Shown: piece by piece, positions 21,480 to 41,461 of the stretch
Layout: each line of letters begins with the position of its first letter
Position numbering within the stretch: the stretch's first letter is position 1
Assembly: GCF_009914755.1 (NCBI RefSeq)
Contig: NC_060947.1
Direction: 5' to 3' (one strand)
Length of the DNA stretch: 64,000 nt
Source of the DNA: the human T2T-CHM13v2.0 reference genome, Homo sapiens
Position numbers and translations under genes: made by a program
The notes under the pieces: generated by a model
Told to the model about the DNA's origin: nothing
Seen by the model: only the letters and a program-made list of their open reading frames with translations
Databases searched by the model: none

Positions 21480-22509
21480 TCACTGTTCAAATTAGTTCCC
21501 TACCCAGGACCTGGTGGCCATTTGGAAGAGTGACAAATCCCGCCTCTTGAGGGAGACCCATCCTCGGAGGTCGTTAGGGTTGTGGTGTGCAGAGGTCTGG
21601 GGACCAGCCTGGCTGGGATCCCTCAGCGGCGCAGGGTCTGGGAATGGTGGTCGGCAGTCAGGCTGGCCTGGGTGAGAGGCATGGCGGCTAGGAGCTGCTC
21701 AGGAAGTGCCAGGCTGAAGGAGCAAAGGCATCTGTGTGAAGGAGGCTGAGACAATGCAGCAACCCAGGAACACTTTCAGAGGGATTCACAAGGGACGTAT
21801 CTTCTAAGTCAGGGATGATGGGAAATGAAGGGTTTCCTGGGGAAGACCTGCCCCATCTCCCCAACACCCCACCCCATCAAGTTGGAAGGAATTCGTGTCT
21901 GGGGATGAGCAATTCCTTCCCGTTTGGTAGGCTGTCCGCAGTGTGAGGGATGATGCCCATGTCCCATTAAGGTTTCTGAGGACAGCACTGGCAGGTGTTG
22001 AGCTAATGTGTTAAGACGGTAGGTGCCACCGGAAGTTCAGGGAGCCAGAGGCAATTTCTCCCCTAGAGCTGTGCTCTTGTCCTGGTTGAAAAGCCATTTT
22101 GTAGGATGAGGGCAGTTCCTGTTTTGATGAATGGCTGTAAGGAAATCTAGTCATCAGAGTCCAGACCGGCTGGGAAAGAGGGCTCTTTACTCCCTCCAGG
22201 CTGAGGGTATCTGATGTCATAGATGCCTGGGTTGGCAGCACAGCCCCCTCTGTTTCCACACACTGACCAGCATCCAGACAGCCGGTCCTCTCCCTCCACA
22301 GCCATCGCCAGGATGCACTTCTAGCCTCCTTAGAACAGGAAGGAGAATCTGTGCCAGCTTAGCCCCAGATCCTAAATGTCTCCCTTCTCACCTCTAGTCT
22401 CTTCTTTTTTCTCTTCCCCTCCTTGCCCCTTCTCTCCCCCTACATGCCCCACTGCTTTTCTCATCTATTTCTTCCCTCCCTTCCCCTTTCCCCCACCCCA
22501 GAAAGGTGG

Positions 22510-22740
22510 CATGATGCAGTGGAAAGACCATGGGCTTTGGAGTCAAGCAGACCTGGGTGTGAATCGCACCTCTAGCACTTCCTAGCTGTGTGATCTTGAG
22601 CAAGTCACTTTACCCCTCTGAACCTCAGTTTCCCCATCAGTGAAACAATAATAAGGATAGGACCTATCTCACTGGGGTGTAAGGATCAAACAATATGGCA
22701 GAAGCAGAGTGTCTGGCACATGGTGAATATTCAGTACATG
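22510..22740 (+). mobile_element. MIR SINE
   Basis: tctctgaacctcagtttccccatc-type core. Confidence 0.75.
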
Positions 22741-23549
22741 GTTGGAGCTGTGACCATTATTCCTATCTCTTTGTTTCTCTTCTATTTTTTTTCTCTCTCT
22801 CTCACCATCCCTCTCTCCTCTTCCCCTTTCTTCTGTCCCTCTCTCCCTCTCTGGCTCTCTCTACATCTCAGAGCAATGCTTGCTGCTCTCAACACTGGTT
22901 CCTGTGGGCAGGAACCCCATTTGCCATTAACCAGAGCAGGGGCTCCAACAAGGAAGACCAGAGGGAAAGCTTCATCTCCCATTTTCTCCTGTGGGAATCA
23001 GGGTCAGCTGAGGCCCAGCTTGAGCCTGCCCACTGGGCCCCAGGAGCTCAGGCCTGGGGTCCCTCTACACGTCTCTGCCCTAAGTACCTCGTATCCACAA
23101 CCTCCACACTTGCTGGCAGTGTCACCCCTCACCCTTGGTACCTGACCCTGCTCTCCAGCTCGACCTGCCTGTGTACACACAAGCAGCCCCTTCCACCCAG
23201 AATGAATCCTTCCCCTGAGAGGGTCTCTGGCTCTGTGCCCTGGCCCACTTGCTGCTACCTCCTTCCTCACTGGAAAGGTAGTTGGTTGAGATGGGCTGTT
23301 GGGGACAAGGAGGCGGGGCAAGGCGGTGCAGAGAGGCCAGCACAGCAGGGGCCTGCAACACCATCATCCTGATGAAGGTCTGGGCCTCAGCCCACCCATT
23401 CCCTCAGTTCTTGCCATCCCTCCTGCCTGTCCTGGGCCCAGGCCCGGAGCTGGCTTGCTGGGCCACACTGCAGTCATGCTGTTTTTGAATTCTCTCTCTG
23501 TTTTGTTCTCTGTTCTGTGCTGTTGTGTCTCCCCGTGTCTGGTCCCCAG

Positions 23550-23609
23550 GATCCGGCGCTAAGAAACAGGGCGAGGACTTAGCGGATAATGACGGGGATG
23601 AAGATGAAG
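23550..23609 (+). CDS. NLGN3: NLGN3 alternative exon, splice insert A2 (GSGAKKQGEDLADNDGDEDE)
   Basis: cccag| ... |gtattt, 60 nt, symmetric phase 1. Confidence 0.93.
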
Positions 23610-25120
23610 GTATTTGGGGGCTGCAGGGCGCGGCGGCTGGTGCATGGCACAGAGCCCCTCCCCTTCTCGATGGGGAGAAGCCCCGTCTGTCTGTCTGTCT
23701 GTCCGTTGGTGTGTTTCTGTTCCTGTACAAGGCCGTTGGGCTGTTCATCTGTCTTTGGCCCTGTTGGCCACTGGGAGTTCCGGGGTGATGGACATGGCTG
23801 GCAGGAGCAGGGGACCACAAGCAGAGCCATGGGGAGGACATCCTCCTTGCCTGGGTCTCCCGCCCCTTCCCCATCTTCTGTGGTTCAGAGGCACCTGCCC
23901 CTACTGAGCAGCAGGGAGAGTGGAGAGAAAGCAGGACCACTGAGGGCGGGGAGAGGACAAAGACAACGGAACGGCAAGGAGATTACCTGTGTTTCAGTGA
24001 AGAGACCCCTGTGTCTCACAGGGAGCCTGGCTTCTGGGAGAGGGGCCCCGCAGGATGGTGAACTGGGAAGTGAGGCAGTGACAACCAAAGGGGCTGGAAA
24101 AGCAGCACCAGAACCTCCCCAGCCTTCTAGAAAAGAGAGAGATGGTCTCGGGGCTAGGGGCTGCAGTAGGTACAAGACAAGGCCAGAAAGACTGGGCTAA
24201 AATGCCAGGCTGAGGCCAGGACACCACAGCCATCAATAGATGGCATAAGATCCTTGGGCAATGATCGGACCAGCCTTCCTCCTTGGAGAAACAAGTTCTG
24301 TTTGCTCCGCAGCAGAGAGCATTCCCTTCCTCCTCCATGCCCTGGCCCTGCCCCTCTGCCCCGAAGGGGCCAGGCAGCTCAGGGGGGCCCAGTGGTGATG
24401 GGTAGGGCTGTGCTGGCATGGCAGAGGGTATTGGTCCAGTTCACAGACTGACAGGCTACAGGCAGAGGTGATCAGGCCTGGAGCCTTCTCTTGACTGCCC
24501 CAGCCCTGATGCCGTGCCGCCTGGGCTCGGGAGCAGCCGCTTGATGGTCCCTTGTTGAATGGCCTCTGGGGAGGCTCCATCTTCATCTTGGTGCTGACTG
24601 GGAGCAGGCTCTGTCATTCTTAGTTCTTCCCCATCCCCAATGCTTCTGGTTAAGTCTGCCCAGGGAGAATGGGGAAATGGGCACATGGCTAAGAAACCAT
24701 GTCAACAAGGTTCCCCCCACCCTATCTCTGCCATTCACTCCCCTTTCCCACATCCTTCCTTGTTCTCTCCCTGTGCCACCCCTTATTCCCACACCTCTTG
24801 TCTCTGTCTGCACTGGGGGGCCAGCTGCTGCCAATGGCCGTTTTTCCATGTAACTGGTCTAGTCTTGGGGGTTTCAGGGCTCCCCAGCTCCTGCTCTCTA
24901 AAGCCATGTCAGGTCCCAGGACTCCTGGGTGCCCAGGGCAGCGACTCACTTGATGTGGCTAAAGGACCAGCCCTTCCTCTTTCTGCTGCCCCCCGCCCCC
25001 AGGGCCCAGCCATGGCCCACTGAGGCCTGGCTGTATCACATGCCTGGCTGCCTTCAGCTGGGAGGCACTTGAAACCAGAGCCTTTAAAAATATCACTGAA
25101 GCCCCACTGTCTCGGGCTGA

Positions 25121-25591
<471 letters not shown>

Positions 25592-25779
25592 TAGGGGCTT
25601 CCCCATATCCCCAGGCCCTTTCTTGGAAGGTTTAGATGCCACCAGAAATTCAATTCAAACTTCACACCTTCTCTCAGGTCCCAAGCCAGGTCTCTGCTTC
25701 CAGACTTTGACTTGGCTGAGTTTTGTAGGATGCTTCAATTTTCCACTGTCCTGTCTTCACCTCTACCCACCCGCCCCAC

Positions 25780-26940
25780 ATCTCTAAACACCCCACACAT
25801 GCACAGATATTCCTTCCAGTCCACTCCATGGCCACACACCTATTTACCTTCATGTGTTTACACATCCACCCCGCCATGCACCTGCAGGAAGACGGTGATT
25901 TCTCACTCACCCCCATAAAGTACACACACCTAGCCCCACATTCACATCTCCAGGCCCCTCACATGTAAACACATTCTCCTAGCACTCCAGGTAACTCCAT
26001 TCACATGGTCTCTCCAGAACACATATCCACATACCCACACGGTCTGTGTACTCCACGTCTGCACCCCGCAGATGGCTCTCACCCTCCGCATATACACACA
26101 CACATGCTCATATACTTCTCCCCATGTCTCTGTAGCCACATCTACACCGATACCCACGATGCATACACACCCACACTCACACTTTACCCCCATATTTACA
26201 GCCCACACAAAAACCTACACCCTGCACATCCATGTCCACACCAAACTCCACACATATACACCTTAAATGTACATAAATATTCCTTCCACCCACCCCCCAC
26301 AAATACCTACACACGCCCGTATCCCCCTGCACACCCTACTTCCACATCCACTTTACACATCCACCTACCACACACACCTGTCCCTCACTATCTCCTCAGA
26401 AACACAAACAAATATTCCCCTTCCCTACACACATATACTCTTACCTGTTTGTCCACACTGTCCCACCCCACACATACACAGATACTACACACACACCATA
26501 TCCACATCTATATACATCCCACACACTGCCCTTATGTCATTCCCCTACACATACATTCCCCCACACACACATCCACATATGCATGCACGCGTATACATGC
26601 GCACACTCTTCCATATACAGCCTGTATATGTACACCCAGCACACACCCATGCACTTCTCCCCTCACCCCACCCCACAAATATATACACATCCGTGTACAT
26701 GGGGCTGCATCTGTATCCATACATGCACACACACCTCTACCCAGGCCCAACCGCATCCCCCAAGTCTCCCCACACTTCCTTACCCCGTATATGCACACGT
26801 ACACACTCTTTGTACTCTAAGCATGTCCCCTGCACACTCCCACCCATCACACACATACTCCCATGCATATGCACTCATTGCCGAAATGCCTCCTCATATG
26901 CACCCATACACCTCCCCACCCCCGCATTCTCTGCTGTGCA
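25780..26940. repeat. ~1.15 kb degenerate CA/CATA/CCCA-rich low-complexity tract
   Basis: strong C+A bias on the + strand, very few G. Confidence 0.9.
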
Positions 26941-27247
26941 CAAGCTTGTGTCAGTCATTTAGGCTGCCCTTGAACCCTGTACCTTCCTTGGTGACCACCC
27001 ATGCCTATCTATGGCCAAGGTCTTGAGGTAAACGAGTGCCTCAGAGAGGGTGACTAAGCACACAGGGCCCTGCTCATGCTCCCCCAAGCCCCGCATCCCT
27101 GTAGTGGCATGAAGAAGCCAACTTCTTCCTGGAGGAAGAGTTTCAGCGGGAGTGTAGGCTCTTGGTCAGGTCTGTAGGCATATGGGTGCTAAACCAGCAG
27201 TTAGGCGTGGCTTATTCCATGGCTAACTAGGGGACACGACCATATTT

Positions 27248-32508
<5,261 letters not shown>

Positions 32509-33176
32509 AGTTTTTAAGACTCAAAGGAGCAGCTTCAATTTCTGAATGGGCCACGCAAAGGAAAAGCTGATTTCCTTGTCTGGAAGAGCAAGGGTTCCTT
32601 CTTCATCCTCATGCAGGCTTTCTCTAATTCATTCTCATTTCCTCCTCTGGAACCTGGGGCTAAAGAGGACTTGTGACTAGGGCCCGGGAGAAATAACTAA
32701 GTACTTTACATACTTAATTGTACCAGAGGTAAATTAATAACACACTTGAAGAGGATGAGATGAGCTCTTTTGCAGAAGCTAGGTACAGAAGGACTTGAGA
32801 AAGACAGTGGTGAGGTCTTGTGACTGTTTGAGTCTATTTGAATTCAGCCTCTGCCTATGGACTGCAAGGACGCCAGAGAACTCCCCATGAGCTCTGGGAG
32901 TCTTCTCCAACATGGCCTCTCACAAAGTTGATTCCAGGTGCTGTGAATGAGCTTTTAACTGGGGAGTAAAAAATACTGATCCAAGTGTGGGTTTCCAATG
33001 TGTAGGAGCTTCACAATTACCCACCTCCAAAGACTTCTTCCAAAAGCCTAGGGCAGGAGAAGACAGAGCCTTCCAAGGGACCCAAGGATTCAGGGAAGAG
33101 AGATGAAATAAGGCCGCAGGCTCAGTCTAAAATGGAAGCAGAGTAGGGGGGAATATAGGACATCTCTGTGGGATAG

Positions 33177-33327
33177 CCAGCAGGTGGGCAGGAAGGTAGT
33201 CTCCATGGCAACAAGTCTCCACAGCAGCAAATCCCAGCAGGTGGGTGGGAAGGTAGTCTCCATGGTGACATGTCTCCTCAGCAGCAAATTCCAGTGGGGG
33301 GGCGGGAAGACCTGTTTCTGTGGTAAC
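33177..33327. repeat. 57-bp tandem repeat, ~2.6 copies, each carrying an X-box
   Basis: units start with ccag at 33177, 33234 and 33291. Confidence 0.9.
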
Positions 33328-33378
33328 GCACTGCGCTACTTCCCCATTTCTCCACCAGATGAAAAAGATGGTCTGACC

Positions 33379-33470
33379 CAGTGGTTTCTCAACTTTGGCA
33401 GGTATCAGCATCACCTGGAGAGCTTGTTAAAAACACAGATTGCTGGGCCCCACCCCAGAGTTTCTGATTC
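33379..33470 (+). mobile_element. MER5A-like hAT-Charlie MITE fragment
   Basis: cagtggtttctcaa...atcacctggagagcttgttaaaa...gattgctgggccccaccccagagtttctgattc. Confidence 0.75.
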
Positions 33471-34147
33471 CTTAGGCCTCCAAGGGAGGGAAATGAGGAC
33501 CTGCCCTGAAAATGAGGGGAAGGGGGCCATCAAGGCCCCGGAAGGAAGTGGAGAGGGACTGATTTGAACAGGAAGGGCAAGGAGAGCTTAGGGATTGTTG
33601 CCTCTTGGGATCATCTACACTTCCTTTGGAGAGAGAAGAAAGGGGAAAGAGAAGTAACTATAGAGCTGCAACGTGCCCAGCATGTTATAGATGCTTATGT
33701 TCATTTTATCCTTGTTACAACCCTGTGAGGTATTTTTATCCCCATTTTACAGAAGAGGACACTATGGCCCAGAGATTTTAAATTAAGTGCCCAAGGCTAC
33801 ATGACTAAGATGTGATAGAGCCAGGATTCAAATCAAGGACCGTCTGACTCCAGGGTTTCCATTCTATCTTGCCAGATGTTAGGGTAAGGTCCCCAATAGT
33901 ACATCAGGGCAGAGAATGCTGAGTTCTGGACATTTGCAGTTTCTGCAGTTTGTCTCCCACCTGGAGGCATGCACTTCAAATGGTCTGCAGACCCCTCCTT
34001 CCAAGCTGGATAACAGGTGGGAGGCAGGGAGCTGACCCCTCCTCTGTTGACGATGCTGGACATTGCAGAAAGGAGCACTGCTTTAAGTTAACTATGTGGG
34101 AAGAACTACACTGCGTGCTCATTCTCTATTCCCACCTCCCCTGTTGA

Positions 34148-34411
<264 letters not shown>

Positions 34412-35598
34412 TAACTCGTGGGGCAAAACATGAACTAGCCAAGTGCCGGCTGTCCCAGCATGCCCCATCCATGCCCCAGGGCATCCAAGGGAATCGGCCA
34501 GCTCTCTTCTACCAGCTTGGTATCCCTTTGGCAAGAAGTGGAAGAGAAATGTTTCTCTGGGAGAAGTACTTCTCCCAAAGCTGGAGAGGGAAGGAAGAGA
34601 ATCCCATTTATGTCCTGGGAAAGCAAGATTCTCCTTCTGATGTGGGAGTCTTATTTTGGGGAGTGGGAATAGAACAATTGTCCCCTCAGAGGACAATAGT
34701 TTGACAGGGGTTGGGGAGGATCTTTCAGCATGGGAAGGACATGTTACTTCACAGTAGAGATATAGGGTGGAAATTGGTTTCTAGGTCTAAGAAACATCCA
34801 TTCTCTGCCTTTCTCTCTGAAGAACAAGTCTGTACAAGAGGGGAAACATCCTAGAGGGGGAAGTGGGTCTGAAATGAGAGTCACTAACCCACGAGGTGGG
34901 CTTCTTCCATAGGACGATGGTCTATTATCAGACTCCAGACCTCTCCCCGACTGTGCAAGCTGCCGGGGAGATTCTCATTTTTGGCCTCTCTCCTTGTGGT
35001 GGGTCCCTTTGCCAGTGACCCTTCCAAGAGAGCAGAATAGGTCCTTTTTGCTCGGCAGGAAATGTTTTCTCCACCTCTGGACTACTGGGAACATTCTATC
35101 TCTGAGAGGCAAAGCTGAGCTTCTCATGAAGAAAAGATCTTCCTGAAATAGGTGCCCTTTTCTGAAGTAAGGAAATCTGTGAGCGAGGATGCTTTTTTTC
35201 TTTTTTAATTGAACACTAACCCCCTGAGTTAGGGACATTCTCACAGGAAGACTTTCCATCTCTTGAAGAAGTTCTGTCTCTCTGAGAGAGAAGAACCACC
35301 TTCTTTGACCTAGAAATTCTGTCTTTGCCCCTCCAGGGACTACCCTGGTGAGGGAAGACTTAGGTGGGATCTGCCTCTCTAAAGAGAGAGACTGTGTTCC
35401 TAGGTGACCATAGTGGGAACAGGAATCTTCCCTTTTTCCCCAAAGGAGGGCGAAATGACGGGCTGCAAGGGTGCCTTGGCCTGAAAAGACGTTCTGTGCC
35501 TCCTCTGACTGGGGACTCCTCCCCTAGGAGAAGAAAGCCTTTCCTGGAGTGGTGCTATGCTTTGTCTCATAGGGGGCCTGTGTCTCTGGAGGTTTGAC

Positions 35599-36601
<1,003 letters not shown>

Positions 36602-36817
36602 TCAGACCCGAAGGCCTTTGCCCTTGGGCTCCTTCCCCAAGCCCTCAGAATGTGGGGCTCTTGCCTGCCTGCATTTCTCATCTCTCATGAAAAAGACTCC
36701 TTTGTGGTGCAAGTGCCAGCTCCCTGGTGGTGCGCTGGCACGGAGCTGGGCCCAGCTGGGCAGGAAGCAAGAGGGGAAGACAAGGAGAGATAAAGAGAGG
36801 CGGCATAAGGGGGCTGA

Positions 36818-37879
<1,062 letters not shown>

Positions 37880-38140
37880 TAAGGAGAAAATAGGGTTTTT
37901 TTCCTCTTTGAGACCCCAGCATGCCCTCCCCTCTGCTCCTCTAGCTAAACCTCTTCCATCATATCCCTTCCTAAGATATTCCCAAAATCTTGCTTGGTAC
38001 CCCTTCACTCATCTTCCTATCTCCCCTTCCTGAGTCTTTCATGCCATTTTTCCTTCCTTCAAAAATGTTGTTGAGGCTTAGAACTCAGTTAGCATCGGGA
38101 CTAGGAAGGAATGAGGGTTACTGGAAGAACTATGGGATTT

Positions 38141-38421
38141 AGCCAGGCCCAGTGGCTCACGGCTGTAATCCCAGCACTTTGGGAGGCAAAGGCAGGCAGA
38201 TCACTTGAGCCCAGGAGTTCAAGACCAGCCACGGCAACATAGAAAGACCCTGTCTCTAAAAGAAAAAGCATTAGCCAGGCATGGTAGTGCATGCCTGTAG
38301 TCCCAGGTATTTGGGAGGCTGAGGTGGGAGGATCGCTTGAGCCCCGGAGGGTGAGGCTACACTGAGCTGTGATCACGCCACTGTACTCTAGCCTGGGTGA
38401 CAGAGCGAAACCTTATCTTAA

Positions 38422-38455
<34 letters not shown>

Positions 38456-38900
38456 TATGGGATTCAAGGTTAGCTGGTCACAGGCTATGTGAAATAGGAA
38501 TGCAGTGCTTCAGAAAGAGCCTTCAGGGCCAGGCGCGGAGGCTTATGCCTGTAATCCCAGCACTTTGGGAGGCCAAGGCAGGTGGATTGCCTGAGCTCAG
38601 GAGTTCGAAACCAGCCTGGCCAACATGGTGAAACACCGTCTCTACTATAATACAAAAAATTTGCCAGGCGTGGTGGCGGGTGCCTGTAGTCCCGGCTACC
38701 TAGGCAGGAGAATTGCTTGAACCCAGGAGGCAGAGGTTGCAGTGAGCCGAGGTTGCCCCACCGCACTCCAGCCTGTGCGACAGAGCGAGACTCTGTCTCA
38801 AAAAAAAAAAAAGAAAAAAAAAGAGAGAAAGAAAGAGAGAGAGAGAAAGAAAAAGGGAAGAAAGAAAGAAAGAGAGAGAAAGAAAGAAAGAGAAAAAAAA

Positions 38901-38960
<60 letters not shown>

Positions 38961-39000
38961 GAAAGAAAAGAAAGAGAAAGAAAGAAAGAAAGAAAAAGAG
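38141..39000 (+). mobile_element. Two Alus with tails expanded into (CA)n and a long (GAAA)n microsatellite (~38800-39000)
   Basis: direct reading. Confidence 0.9.
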
Positions 39001-39317
39001 ACTTCGGGTTCAGCAACTTCTGCTTGCTTAATAAAAGAAAGAGGCTTTATTAGGGGGCTCCTGGCAAAATTGGGCAGCTGAAAAGATTGATAAATGCTCA
39101 GTAGCATGTGCAAAGAAAAAGCATCTATAGCCTTAATCTTAAAGGATGAGCGCCGGGAAGGAGGATATAGGAGTTCAAGCCCTGGGGAAGAAGCAGGTGT
39201 GGGCAGAGCAGGGGACCCTGAAAAAGATGGAAATGGTGGGAAGTTCTAAACTGGGAAAGAGGTTTGGCTGTCAGAGGAAAAATGCTGGGCCTTTTCCTCA
39301 TCCAGATAGAGTGGTGA

Positions 39318-40187
<870 letters not shown>

Positions 40188-40247
40188 CTCCAACTCAGAG
40201 CACAGCCAATCTCCAGGCTCCCTCCCTCCCAGATCCAGGAACACATG

Positions 40248-40291
40248 CACACACACACACACACACACGCAGACACACACACACACACACA
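40248..40291. repeat. (CA)n in the NLGN3 3' UTR
   Basis: direct reading. Confidence 0.9.
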
Positions 40292-41264
40292 TATATGTAT
40301 ACGCACGCACCCACACCCTACAGCAGATCCACCTGCACAAACATAGACAGATGTGGACATGCACCCGCATGTACAAAAACACAAATACGGAAGTAAACCT
40401 GAACAAACCCTTTAAATGGGGACGCAGATGAGTCCTCGGTAAACCGAGGACCCATGAAACAGCAGCTGAAGCCAGCTCCCTGAATCTGACCACAGACACT
40501 CCTGGGGGGCCTGAAAGCAACAGCTGGACACCCCCTTGGTGCTCGCCTTCGGCCTCTCTTGGAACTGCACCACCGACCAACTCCAGACTTGGGAGCTTTA
40601 AAGAGCAGGATAGCTCTTCCTCCCCAGGACTTGGTCTTTTTTCTGGGTCTTGTTTTGTTGATTTTTCTTTTTTAATTTTGGAACAAATGCTTTTCCAACC
40701 CATGAGTGCTAAGAGCCTCTGGAAGGGAGGGCTTCAGGCCCGAAGGTCTCTCTGGCTCTAGGACCCCCAGTGCTCACACAATCAGACCAAGGAACAAGAC
40801 CCCCAGGAAGGAAACAGATTTAAGCAAGACCATGGGGTGGAAGGAGAAAGGGGCTAGCACTGGATGGAGCTGGAGGGTCGTAGGGGAGAGATCTCCAACT
40901 CTCTCTGTGTCCGTGTGGAGGGCTGCAGAGCCTGCAGGGTGACCTGCTTCCCCAAAGGCCAACAGCATTGGCCTGGCCAGACCAGGTGACCTTAGATTTG
41001 GTGAACAACGTACTATGGAAGCCACATCACTATTGGGCCCCCAGGTCTGATCTGGGTTTTGCCTCTGCCCTTGGGGAAATGCTATCAGAAATTCGCCCCA
41101 TTTTCTTTACAGTCTTTTGTGTCTGTCATTTCTCTTTCAAAAAGGCGGTGTTTTTTGTTGTTGTTGGTTTTTTTTTTTTTTTAAAGAAAAGTTCTTAAAA
41201 CACTAACGGAAACCCATGGAGTTTGTCCTTTGTAAAAATTTTAAACACAGTGTCTTGATATAAA

Positions 41265-41270
41265 AATAAA
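41265..41270 (+). terminator. NLGN3 poly(A) signal AATAAA
   Basis: First AATAAA seen after the stop, following a U-rich tract and TGTA. Confidence 0.75.
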
Positions 41271-41422
41271 AAATCCAGTTAGCACTCCCAACCTGCCTCC
41301 CTTGCACAGGCCTTGCCCCAACAGACCTCCGAACAGGGTGCCTCTGCGGGCTGGGAATCAGGCAATCAGGCAGCCTCCCCCTGCCTCCTGTATCTTTAAG
41401 CTGAGTCTGGGCTGCACTGTGC

Positions 41423-41461
41423 GGGGTTGGGGGTTGGGGGTTGGGGGTTGGGGGTTGGGGG
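41423..41461 (+). repeat. (GGGGGTT)n, six G-tracts
   Basis: direct reading. Confidence 0.95.

Noticed and set aside
22695-24419. Several 140-225 aa ORFs around exon A2
   Set aside because: GC-rich intron; only the 60-nt A2 exon has splice support and homology
26005-27026. Long His/Thr/Pro-rich ORFs in all three + frames
   Set aside because: Artefact of CA-rich low complexity
33177-33327. CRISPR-like repeat-spacer interpretation
   Set aside because: Whole units are duplicated with no unique spacers; mammalian intron; no cas genes
38700-39113. K/E/R-rich and F/L/S-rich ORFs
   Set aside because: Translation of the (GAAA)n Alu tail
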